The notes below the pieces were generated by a model. That model was not told the origin of the DNA. It ran no database searches and saw only the letters and a list, made by a program, of their open reading frames with translations. Positions 36,505 to 46,270 of a stretch of 64,000 bases of DNA are shown piece by piece (within the stretch, counting starts at the first letter, position 1; each line of letters opens with the position of its first letter). The stretch is from Eukaryota sp. TZLM1-RC. Its lineage: Eukaryota > Protista > Metamonada: BaSk clade. The stretch covers positions 372,001-436,000 of the forward strand of contig JAUPSS010000005.1 in assembly GCA_040285825.1 (NCBI GenBank), written 5' to 3'. The translations under genes were made by a program, and so were the position numbers.

Positions 36505-36800
36505 AGGGAGAGGAGCCAGGTCCGTTCTCGTTGCCTCTTCCATTGCTTTGAGGGGAGAGGGAGCCGGGTCCGTTCTCGTAACCTCATCTGTTTCTTTTTT
36601 CCTGAGGGGAGAGGGAACCGGGTCCGTTCTCGTTGCCTCATCTGTTTCTTTTTTTCCTGAGGGGAGAGGGAGCCGGGTCCGTTCTCGTTGCCTCTTCCAT
36701 TGCTTTGAGGGGAGAGGGAGCCGGGTCCGTTCTCGTTACCTCTTCTGTTTCTTTTTTCCTGAGGGGAGAGGGAGCCGGGTCCGTTCTCGTTACCTCTTCT
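36505..36800 (-). repeat. Coding tandem repeat in Gag N-terminus (48- and 54-bp units; KAMEEATRTDPAPSPL / RKKETEEVTRTDPAPSPL)
   Basis: Six copies of the core ggagagg(g)agccgggtccgttctcgt, plus a degenerate copy near 36860. Confidence 0.9.
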
Positions 36801-37059
36801 GTTGTTGAAGATGGAGGGACCTCGTCCACTCTTTCATCTTCTTCTACATTAAGGGAGGGGGAGGTGGGATCCGGGTCCGTTGCCTCGTTGCCCTCTATAT
36901 CATGTGTATGTGACGCTGGTACCTGCTGCATATTAAGTGGTGGATTAGAGTCAGAGATATCTGGTTGGGAGATGTCTGACATGCTGTAAAGTGTCTGAAG
37001 ATGTTCACTAATGCTGAAGTTATGGTATACCTTTTGACTTTAAAATGGCCAATAATTAT

Positions 37060-37138
37060 TGTTGCCTAAAGTCTATTGTAGTAAAGAAAAGTCTGATTTA
37101 TTTTCTATTCATATTATATAAGCCTTAGGGCGCCAACA
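37060..37138 (-). repeat. 5' LTR of element 1 (79 bp)
   Basis: Exact copy of 29858-29936. Confidence 0.96.
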
Positions 37139-37142
37139 TCAT

Positions 37143-37870
37143 ATCAGAATTTTCAGAAAAATCAATGGTACAGGACCATTAAAACTCTTCTATATTTCTG
37201 ATTCCAAAAATTGTACGTGGACACTGCTGAAGATGGCTTAATTTAATGTTAAGGAAATAAGAAAAAATTAATCAAAATCAAAGAAGTTATTATAGGAAAT
37301 ATATGATCAGTTATCAGATTTTCTTCCAAAATGTTAAGATCCTGGGCAATTCAAACCAAATATCAAAATTACTACAGAATTGCTGTGTGATATTGAGCAC
37401 AACCAATTGTTAAAGCTGCAGACTCTTTTCAATATATGAGTGTCACCTCTGGATCCACCAAATAAAATCCGGATCAAATGATGATGCTTACAATATTGTG
37501 TTTGGCTTAGGGGATTGTGACACCAAAAGGAAATTTGCACCATCAGAGCACTAGGACTGAAAAGAATCCTGAGAAAAGCTTGTATTAAGGTTGATTTGGT
37601 AGATGAATATTGTGCCTAAAAAATGGTGCCTCTGATGAAAACAATGGAGAGTGTAAGACTGAATGTGATGTTAAACTGAAAGCTCCAAATGAATCACGAA
37701 GAGACCTAAAAAAGATGTACTTAATCTAATGGAGAAAAACTACTATGACGAACTTTAGTTATAATATTCAAAAATCAAAACCTTCAAATATCAAAATCAA
37801 AATTCTAAAAGGTTAATATTAAACGCGTAACTTGCCATGGCCTTCTACATTGGGTTTTTAAATAGCAATG
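37143..37870 (+). pseudogene. Decayed Fanzor/TnpB-like RNA-guided nuclease gene (RuvC-II and zinc-finger region)
   Basis: Manual translation gives NIVFGLGDC..KFAPS (37492-37545), then after a frameshift GLKRILRKACIKVDLVDEYCA*KWC (37554-37628) and KRVTCHGLLH (37821-37850). This follows the Fanzor1 order 'GDW..P..GLR..L....V.LVDE..TS..C ... CHGLL.C'. Not in the ORF track. Confidence 0.62.
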
Positions 37871-37991
37871 TAAGCAGTACTCTGATCACTGTAGTCCATG
37901 GGTACTGTGAAGGTCAGTCTTGAAAAAGGAGTGAAGAGTACCAAAATATAAGTAATCAAAATCAAAAAGTCTAAACAATATTTATTACACC

Positions 37992-40616
37992 CTAGAAAAA
38001 CAACTGGTTTACCACATTCAATACCTCTTCACTATTAGATTTAACCTTTAACTTTACCAAAACTTGCTCTCCCGCCGCAAACTCGGCCCTAATCAATACC
38101 TTACTATCATCAATTAAAAAGAAGTCCCATCCGGTTCTGGTTAAATCACCACTGGAAGTTTTAAAAACAGGTTCACTTCCAAATAAGGAAGAGATGGCCG
38201 AGAGGGCTGATTCAGTGTTAGAATAAGGTAATTTTAAGGCCTCAGTAATGGTAAATTCACATTCAGGGTCACTCCATGACGTCATAGGGTCAGAAACGGA
38301 AGGAATTGATACGTCATCAAGGTCAAAACTCAACATATCAAGCTCCTGTTCTTCTTCTACAATCAAATCTGTTGGTCTACTCGCATCTTCTGGATCAGCA
38401 TCAGCCAACGTGTACTTCAAAGTAGCCATAAATCGAAGAGTAAGAAGACAAGGGAGACCTGAAGGTTCGATATTGAACAACATAAAACACCTAGATTCAG
38501 ACTCGTAACCAATATTGTCAGCTTTTTGAGTGAAAACATTTGAAATTTCAATAACAGCGTCTAATTCGAATAACACACTAGGATCAACAAAAACTTGGCC
38601 TGATAATAAATGCGAAATCTTAGAAATTAACAAAATTTGATTAAACTCAGTTGAAACGTATTTGTCTACAGAAACTGAGTATTCAAAGCCTTCTTCAGAC
38701 AAAATGCTTGTACCAATGGAGAGCATTTCGCCACTTATTTTATCGGCAACTGATTGAGGAAGTGATGATGTGTCAAGCAGGGGTTTTTGACCTACAATTT
38801 TGACCTCCTTCTTGCCAGGAGAGAGTTCAGGAGAAACAGATGATGCTGTTGCTGACGTGATCAGCTCACTAATCGAGTAATCAAGGTCAACACCTTCCGA
38901 TACTTTTGATTGAGTTTCCAAAATTAATTTGTGAAGAGTGTCGAGTGAAAGAACTTCCCCATTAAGAACTATCCTTGACGAATCCAAAATTTGGTTATCT
39001 TCAATCAATTTTGATCCCTTCTCTGTTTGAATCTGCTTGAGTAAATAAGTTGCAGTATCTCGAACTTCGTCTTCCAAGTCAAATAAAGAAAACTCCAAAA
39101 TATTATAAATTTCTTGATAAATATCTTTTTTAGTAGCTACTTGAGGCAAAAGCTTAGCCAGAGTAGTCAAAGCTGCACACCTTACCACAGTGTTTTCTAA
39201 TAAAAGTCTGTTAATAAGTGATCTGATATATTTAAAACCATTTCCCTTAGATAAATCAGCTGTTTTGCCTAAGAGAGTGATTGCATCGACGGCAACAGTC
39301 GAAAACTCGCAATCTTCAATCAAATCTGAAAGGAAATCAGCAACTGATTGATTACAACAGTTACTTTCAGCTACGGCTCTGACTACACTAAACAAAGAAT
39401 TCTTTAACTTCAAACTACCTTCTTCTCGCAACAAACCCCCTACTGACGTCAGCACAGGTTCACTCAGACCTGGGTTATTAAAGGGAATGAAGCAAAGAGA
39501 ATTTAAAACCTTAATCCTTAATGAATCTGATCCTAAAGATCGAAGTAATCGTGATAGTCGTTTGAGTTCAACAGAAGCTTCCGAAGCGGTTAGGTTTGAT
39601 TGGAATTTGATTGCTAAAGTGATTGCAGTCAACGTTTTACCTTCCATTCCATCTAATTTTAAACTTCCAAATAAAGAACTCACAGAATCATCCTTGATAA
39701 GCTCAATCGTTCTCGCGGCTGCCAGCTTTTGAATAGGTAATGACATTGCAGAAGATAGGGTATATTTCAGTGAAGATTGAACGTCAAGGAGGGCTTCCTT
39801 TGACACGTCATTGATTGTAATCAATACACGTGATGCGGCAACTGAAATAGAATGGGAAGTTGACTTGGTTTCTTCGGAAAGGAAACTGATTAATGATGAT
39901 GGTCGGTTAGATTGAGGAAGAGAATTTAAAACCTCCCCAATCAAAGAAATTAACAACAAAGTCGGTACTGTCGACAATCTTGATCTCTTCTCGCAAATAT
40001 TCCCCAATGTCTGGCAATGGGACTTTACATCATTTCTAGTGGCATATGCAAGAAACGAAATGCACTGGATCTGAACCGAGGCATCTGACGACTTATTCAG
40101 TACACTGAATGCTTCCTTCGTCCACCTTGACACAGTGTCATAGGAGAAGGGGAGCATTGAGCGAGCACAGAGAAAGGCTGCGGCTTGGACTAGAGGAGAC
40201 TGGTCGTTGAGAGCTTCACGAGTTTGTCGGGAGACATTAGGGGAGAGGGAAGGGTCCATGATACGTGCTAGTACACGGAAAGCTGTGGATCGGAGTTCAG
40301 GGACAGGGGAGTTGAGGTCTTTGAGTAGGCAAGAAGTGACAATAAAGGAAGACTCCGTTCCAGGGGCCAGAAGAGAGATCACGAGGGAGAGAAGGCGGCG
40401 GACATGTGGATCGCGCATGGGATAAAGCTTTGTGGCAGCAAAGAAAATCTCCTGCAGTTCGTTTTGGGTGAGTTGTTCCCCTGAGCAGATAAGTTGAATC
40501 AATTTCGTTAGAAGTATTGTGACTTGCTTAGGGGAAGGGTTAGCTTCATGGAACAATCGGCATTCTTGTAATACCGTGGTTTTTTGTAGGTTCTGGTATG
40601 GAGAAGAGGTGGACAT
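37992..40616 (-). CDS. COPG: Coatomer subunit gamma
   Basis: 874 aa. 'LQKTTVLQECRLF', 'FFAATKL', 'FIVTSCLLKD', 'LIEDCEF', 'KYIRSLINRLLLENTVVRCAA', 'DLEDEVRD' and appendage 'EYSVSVDK'. Confidence 0.96.
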   Translation of the reverse strand: MSTSSPYQNLQKTTVLQECRLFHEANPSPKQVTILLTKLIQLICSGEQLTQNELQEIFFAATKLYPMRDPHVRRLLSLVISLLAPGTESSFIVTSCLLKDLNSPVPELRSTAFRVLARIMDPSLSPNVSRQTREALNDQSPLVQAAAFLCARSMLPFSYDTVSRWTKEAFSVLNKSSDASVQIQCISFLAYATRNDVKSHCQTLGNICEKRSRLSTVPTLLLISLIGEVLNSLPQSNRPSSLISFLSEETKSTSHSISVAASRVLITINDVSKEALLDVQSSLKYTLSSAMSLPIQKLAAARTIELIKDDSVSSLFGSLKLDGMEGKTLTAITLAIKFQSNLTASEASVELKRLSRLLRSLGSDSLRIKVLNSLCFIPFNNPGLSEPVLTSVGGLLREEGSLKLKNSLFSVVRAVAESNCCNQSVADFLSDLIEDCEFSTVAVDAITLLGKTADLSKGNGFKYIRSLINRLLLENTVVRCAALTTLAKLLPQVATKKDIYQEIYNILEFSLFDLEDEVRDTATYLLKQIQTEKGSKLIEDNQILDSSRIVLNGEVLSLDTLHKLILETQSKVSEGVDLDYSISELITSATASSVSPELSPGKKEVKIVGQKPLLDTSSLPQSVADKISGEMLSIGTSILSEEGFEYSVSVDKYVSTEFNQILLISKISHLLSGQVFVDPSVLFELDAVIEISNVFTQKADNIGYESESRCFMLFNIEPSGLPCLLTLRFMATLKYTLADADPEDASRPTDLIVEEEQELDMLSFDLDDVSIPSVSDPMTSWSDPECEFTITEALKLPYSNTESALSAISSLFGSEPVFKTSSGDLTRTGWDFFLIDDSKVLIRAEFAAGEQVLVKLKVKSNSEEVLNVVNQLFF

Positions 40617-40929
40617 CAGCTAATATCAGTAGAAATGAGATGTTGACGAAGGGGATGTGAATGAAGATATTTGAGCCTTGCAAATTCTGACAATTTAGCA
40701 GCCGCAATTGAAATCTCGATCTGTTTCAATTATTCTGCTAAACAGTGTGACGGCCGAGAGTCGATCAACGAGTTTGGTTGTATTGGCCATGTTAGGTTAA
40801 TTTGTCTTTTGTTGTTCCCTTTTTAAAATATTGACTATAAAATGTATCTGATTATTGAGAAAACATCGACTGTTCTCAATGCTCCATTTTACATGTAATT
40901 TATAGAATAACTTAAATGTTTTCATTTGT

Positions 40930-41900
40930 CTGTAAGAAACGATTGACTGGAATGAATGAAAATGATCTCTATAATAATTTATGCAGCTGGGCTGTTTTAA
41001 ATCAAGATCTCCACTCATTGTTATTGGAAAAGGGTGTTTGTGAAAACAAGTCATCAGATTCTTCACTTTTTGTAACCATTGTACCACGAAGATTTGGATT
41101 GTGTGCCACTAATGAAGCATTTGTAACAAAAATGAGATTATATTTGAATATTCCCATTAATCTATTACTATTAAAAGAAAAATGTATTTGTTCGAATTCA
41201 CCTCAACTCACTTTGCGACATGCTCTGAATTGTTCGAAATTGATAACTTATCGTTCTTCATTATATGATGCTGTTAGAGACACTGTTTTTAATATGGCAC
41301 AAACTGCAAGAATTTCGTGTATCAAAGAACCTCTGCTGAAGGAAACACTGTCATTGAATAATTTTGGTTCTGATGATAGAGGTGATGTATACTGTGATTG
41401 GATTGATAACTCTGAAGCTGCTGTTGACTTTGTCTCATGTTATGTTGCAAATGATACTTTGGTTCACAGAAGAAAACTTAATCCTGTGGCTGCTCTGGAT
41501 TTTGAAGCAAAAGAGAAACATAGAAAATATGACAAAGATACCAAAGAGGCTAATACTGGTAGAAATAAACCACCTGTTTTTATCGATTTCCCATTTTCGA
41601 TAAAAGGGAGATTATCAGTAGAGGTAGAAACTTTTTAGAATGACTTCCAAAAAATGGTTCAAGAAAAAACAATCAAAAGATTTGATATCTTTTTATGGAA
41701 TTCTCGAATTTAGTTTGCCATAATTTAATTTTAATTTGAATTTTGCCGTAATTAATAGATTACCTCGGTTTTTCAATCGAATAAGAGAAGTTTTAGCTAG
41801 ACAGCAAGCAGATCAAGATTTTGTAGTGGAAGTCTTGGTTCAATGAATTTCGTCCCATTAGTTGAGAGTTTATTTTGTTAAGTGTGCAAGTTCACCTAAA
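40930..41900 (+). mobile_element. 5'-truncated CRE-like family A copy
   Basis: ORF 40916-41638 is nearly identical to 10430-11130; 3' end as in the 9797-11370 copy. Confidence 0.9.
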
Positions 41901-41992
41901 TTAAAACAATTGTGTCTGTAATTTAATCAATTTTGTGAATTCATTTTCTAAAGAGAATAAAGTACCTGCATCAACTATTCAGTGATTCAGTG

Positions 41993-43309
41993 ATGTATCG
42001 CCTCCGTGGACAGGCGCTGTCTTATGTCCTACGTTGTGGGCAATACACTGTAGGCCGTCGTCAACATCATCACATTCACCTTGAAAATCTCTCAGTCTCT
42101 CGTGATCATGCTACCATTACTGTTTCAGAAGGACCCACTTTGCATATCAAAGACACCTCCTCAGAGGGATCGTTCATTGATGAACAACCTATACCCCGAG
42201 GAACAACCAAGGAAGTACAACCTTACTCACAAATACGGTTCGCTGAATCTCAAAACACTTTCATAGCAGAACCCCTTATTCTCAACATCCTTATCTCTTC
42301 CAGTATTGTTTCCTCAAACCAACTCGCTTCTGTCATCTCTTCTCTAGGTTGCACAGTCTTTTCATCATGGAGCTCTTCAATAACACACCTGGTTTGCTCC
42401 AGCTTTAATTTTTCTTCTACTGGGTGCTTGGCTCTAGCCTCTGCCATTCCAATAGTCACCCCTTCTTGGTTGGAAAAACTTAATCAAATTTCCAATCAAT
42501 CACATCAACAATCAAGTCAATCAAATCAACGTGTTTCTGACCTTCCACCCCTTGATGACTACCTACCTTCCATTCCAGCTCAGTTAAGAAACCTCGCTAC
42601 TCCTGAACAATTACTACCTGATCTAAACAGAAAGTCTTTGCTGTCTCAAATTTCAGTATTTATAGAAGATCCTACCCAGAAAACTACTATAGAACCTTTA
42701 ATCAAAGCTTTGGGAGGAATTATTTGCGAAACAAAAGAATTTGTTAATTTTAAGTATTTAATTATTGGAAATTCTGAAGATTCTCAAAATTCTATTGGAA
42801 TGTTGGATTTAATTAAAGCTATTGTAAAAACAGATGTGAGTGATTTGCCTATAACCACTGTAAATAACGAACCACAACAAAGTGTTTGTTCATTTGATTC
42901 TGTCAGTAGTAATTTTGATGTCAATTATTCAATGGAAGTTCCTATAAGGAGTACAGTTAGCCAAAACTTGCGTCATTCGGATTGGGAGTGTGTACGTGCA
43001 AAGGAAGCAGAGGCAGTCGATGACGTGACAATAGGTCAAAATGATGATCAAAAAGGGGATCTGGGGGTTAACAACAAAGATGAAGAATTTTCAAGGACTG
43101 AGCAAGCTTTGGTTAATTTCATCAATAGAAAAAATAAAATAGAAAAAATAGAAGCATCCAAAACTCTTTCAGATGTGCTCGAAATTCCTTGGGGCACAGT
43201 TAGAGAAGGTCAATCAAAAATTGATAGTCTAGCTATAAAAAGGAAACCTCCGTGCACTGACAGTCAACCAAAAAGGAAACGGTTTAAAAAACAATCAATT
43301 ATAAGGTGA
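41993..43309 (+). CDS. NBS1: Nibrin / NBS1 (MRN complex)
   Basis: N-terminal FHA (VGR..SVSRDHA..D.S.EGSF), then BRCT (W.SSITHLV..ALASAIPIVTPSWL), a second BRCT-like region and a C-terminal Mre11-binding-type motif KRFKK. Confidence 0.85.
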   Translation: MYRLRGQALSYVLRCGQYTVGRRQHHHIHLENLSVSRDHATITVSEGPTLHIKDTSSEGSFIDEQPIPRGTTKEVQPYSQIRFAESQNTFIAEPLILNILISSSIVSSNQLASVISSLGCTVFSSWSSSITHLVCSSFNFSSTGCLALASAIPIVTPSWLEKLNQISNQSHQQSSQSNQRVSDLPPLDDYLPSIPAQLRNLATPEQLLPDLNRKSLLSQISVFIEDPTQKTTIEPLIKALGGIICETKEFVNFKYLIIGNSEDSQNSIGMLDLIKAIVKTDVSDLPITTVNNEPQQSVCSFDSVSSNFDVNYSMEVPIRSTVSQNLRHSDWECVRAKEAEAVDDVTIGQNDDQKGDLGVNNKDEEFSRTEQALVNFINRKNKIEKIEASKTLSDVLEIPWGTVREGQSKIDSLAIKRKPPCTDSQPKRKRFKKQSIIR

Positions 43310-43430
43310 TTTGATTGAATATGCTAACTATTAAAAACAATAAAACACACAATTTATAAAAACAGTATGTACAAGTCAAAGATGTGGTAAAAAAAACCTG
43401 TGAAAAATAATAAAATATAATATAATAAAA

Positions 43431-44109
43431 TTAATAATCAGAATAATATCCATCAACAGCATCATCACTATCACAATACTCAGAGTCTTCAGTTAAAAGT
43501 TCAGTTCCAAAAATAGTAACATCGGCAATAGAGCTAATCATATATAATCCAATTGATTCCAGAGCAATCATTGTTTTTCCAAATTTGGGTAGTGTGCGTG
43601 GAAGGCAAATATTAATAAAATCACAATCCAACTCAGAGGCAAAGTCCATAACTGTTGTTAGAACATCTAAATCATCAGGGTTAGAGTGGGGGACTACGTA
43701 AAATTCCATGTCGCGTGTGATGAAGCATTCAAAGGTTCCTTCAATTTTGTCGTTCTTGTTGGAGATGGAGAGAAGGATGAAGCGGAGAAGACCTTCTTGC
43801 AAATGGTCAGCAAATACTTGGGCTGCAAATTCTTCGTCGTAGTTTACCTTGTTTAAATGAGATTTAAATGGATGAGTTTTCACAGGTAGAAATCCCACAT
43901 CTTTGAATATGGGTAGCGGCACATTACAAGCAGTGCTACCCAGACGACTTAGAAGGGCTAGACACTATACGGACGGGTCCGCACAAGAATGTGCGTTTCC
44001 CAGAGGCGAGATTGGTACGTCGAAAAGCGGCGATGTTCCCGATTCCTTGTTCTAGGAAGCGTGCAGAAGACAAGCGTCTACTACTACTAGAGGGATCATC
44101 GTCCTCCAT
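43431..44109 (-). CDS. OAZ: Ornithine decarboxylase antizyme; ORF1 44109-43936 (57 aa) plus +1-frame ORF2 (open 43964-43431) by programmed ribosomal frameshift
   Basis: ORF2 has no ATG near its start and carries the antizyme C-terminal pattern (LTTVMDFASELDCDFINICLPR..TMIALESIGL). The short ATG-initiated ORF1 overlaps it in the frame requiring +1. The junction GGG-TAG-CAC-TGC-TTG-TAA-T-GTG-CCG resembles the metazoan TGC-TCC-TGA-T-G(C/T)C-CC site. Confidence 0.82.
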
Positions 44110-44145
44110 GGTAGATCGAGGGTTTGTAGAAGGCTCGGTGTAGGG

Positions 44146-44173
44146 CTGAGATCAGCAAAGAATGTATACATAC
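44146..44173 (-). other. Putative 28-nt intron in the antizyme leader
   Basis: GTATGTATACATTCTTTGCTGATCTCAG matches the size and both splice motifs of the coding-region introns. Confidence 0.65.
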
Positions 44174-44629
44174 TGAACGCTTATTTCCAAGCGTTGAAGG
44201 TGTTGTAGGTGTTGTAGAGAGTCCCAAATCCAGCGGAAAAGCCAAAAGAGGGGAAGAAACGTGAAAAAACAACTATACAATGGGTGAGTTGAGAAATTTC
44301 AAAACTGTTGACTTTGTTTGACCAACAATAATACCACCTAATTCAAATATTTACAGCCTAAAGCTAATGAGTTCAATTGTAAGTGAATGACCACAAATGA
44401 TTCAAAATATACCCCTACTTTTTGCACTGTGTATCAATTTGAAACTAACTCAAAATCCAAAGTCAAATATACTGAACCCAACAATTATGACTTTTTCACG
44501 ATTTTAAAGGATTTTTGTCTGGAACAATATGAAAGCATTGTGCCAAGATCTGAATTGTGCCCTAGAATTGACTATTGGAAATACATAATTATATTGTTGT
44601 GTTTAAACCGAGGCAATCTATTAATAATG

Positions 44630-46270
44630 GAAAATTGAATTCGAAAGCGCCATAAAAAGATATCAAATATTTTCATTGTTTTTTCTTGAACCATTTTTTG
44701 GAAGTCATTCAAAAAAGTTTCTGCTTCATCTGATAGACTTCCATTTATCGAAAATGGAAAAGTAATAAAGAGCAGTCACAGGATTAAGTTTTCTTCTGTG
44801 AACCAAAATTTCATTTGCAACATTACATGGGACAAAGTCAACAATAGCTTCAGAATTATCAATCCAATCACAGTATACATCACCTCTATCATCAGAACCA
44901 AAATTATTCAGAGAATGTGTTTCCTTCAGCAGGGGCTCTTTGATACACGATATTCTTGCAGTTTGTGCCATATTGAAAACAGTGTCTCTATCAGCATCAT
45001 GTAATGAAGAACGATAAGTTATCAATTTAGAGCAATTCAGAGCATGGCGCAAAATGAGTTGAGGTGAATTCGAACAAATACATTTTTCTTTTGATAATAA
45101 TTGATTAATGGGGATATTCTAATATAATTTCATTTTTGTTACAAATGCTTCATTAGTAGCACACAGTCCAAATCTTCGTGGGTCAATGGTTACAAAAAGT
45201 GAAAAATCTGATGACTGGTTTTCACAAACACCCTTTTAATAGCAATGAGTGATGATCTTGATTTAAAACAGCCGAGCTGCATATATCAATATAAAGATAT
45301 TTTTCATACATTCCAGTCAATCGTTTCTGTAATGTTCGAAGAGTGTACTTCAAATTTAAAACATTCTTTTCTGGAATATTGTCATTGAATGATTGGGGAA
45401 AGCATCGACTCCATTTTTCTACATCAATTTTTGAAATTTCTTCATTTAATGCAAAAACAGTGAAACTTTGCGTTGTCATCAATAAATCTTCCCAATCTGC
45501 AAATCTTTCGGAAAACTCAATGATTGCATTTCTGCATCCACCAACAAAAGCACACGAGGTAAGAATAGAAGCCTTCGTCCACCATAAACCGCCATAATGT
45601 GGACTAAGGTAAGCATGACCTGGAATTTGAAACATTTTACATCCCAGTAATTGAGACAGAACTTCTACACGTAACTCATTAAACTTCTGAACTAAAGGTC
45701 TAGTGACGAGAGGATTTGTAGATCGAAATATATGATTAAAATTGGAACTAAAACAAAGTCTTATAATTGTAAATTTGATGTGTCTATTTATATCTAAAGT
45801 CATCATTCGGTCAATTTTGTAAGAAATTGAGTTCTTTTCAAACAATTTTTCGGTAATTTCATCATTATTTCCTAAAAACGAACCCAAATGACGAATAGCA
45901 TCAATTGAATATAATTTGGCTTGAATTTCAATACCATCAACTATTGTGGGAACTGGAGAATTCGATAACAAAACACATTTAAGTAAATTAAGTCGGAGAC
46001 CAATTTTGGTAAATAATTCTTTAAAACATACAGTTGCTTGTTTCACAATATTTAAATCACCAATAAGCACAACATCATCCATATATGCTATCATTTTTAG
46101 TGAAGGAAACATCTCTTGAATTTGCAGTAAAATAGGATGAACGGCCAAACAAAACACAAGAGGTCCTAACGGATCTCCTTGCTTTACACCACTTGATGAA
46201 CTCAAAATGTTATTACCAAAATGTAAATTAGAATATGTGCAATATGTTGATTGAAAATAGCGTTCAAATT
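44630..46270 (-). mobile_element. 5'-truncated CRE-like family A copy including RT core
   Basis: SSSGVKQGDPLGPLVFCLAVH and AYMDD, continuing into the CCHC/RLE region. Near-identical to 9797-11370. Confidence 0.92.

Larger units (their letters stand above)
29858..37138 (-). mobile_element. Ty3/gypsy (chromovirus-like) LTR retrotransposon 1, full length: gag-PR-RT-RNaseH-IN-chromodomain
   Basis: Identical 79-bp LTRs (TGTTG...CAACA), 4-bp TSD TCAT (29854-57 / 37139-42) and PPT aaaaagggaagaagcag next to the 3' LTR. Protease IDSAA, RT LDLPKAF / YIDD, RNase H TDAS / TDH, integrase H..H..C..C plus VDSFT / SDNG / NGLVER, and C-terminal chromo-like 'VIEKIL..CTVQWFG..EEP'. Confidence 0.96.

Noticed and set aside
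36505-36800. CRISPR-like array
   Set aside because: The intervening sequences repeat rather than being unique spacers, and the array is coding sequence inside a retrotransposon Gag.
30066-36982. Many frameshifts in element 1 (and in element 2 and the CRE copies) as programmed frameshifts or ancient decay
   Set aside because: Most of those I checked fall at homopolymer runs while the LTRs are identical and the 8-kb single-copy UTP20 is intact. Long-read consensus errors in repeats are the simpler explanation.
37123-37135. TGGCGCCC resembling a tRNA-Lys PBS in element 1
   Set aside because: It lies inside the LTR at its 5' end, is present in both LTRs, is part of the imperfect terminal inverted repeat, and the match stops after 8 nt.
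1660-43309. Alternative genetic code (stop reassignment)
   Set aside because: Long host ORFs have no internal stops and end with TGA (UTP20, NBS1), TAG (CEBPZ, HOP1, COPG) and TAA (MsrA, CAP-H2).
43936-43975. GT..AG segments (27, 30, 35, 39 nt) that could remove the antizyme UAG or fix the frame
   Set aside because: None ends in the CTNAYNNYAG motif shared by all other introns here, and none joins ORF1 to ORF2 in frame. RNA-seq is still needed to exclude them formally.
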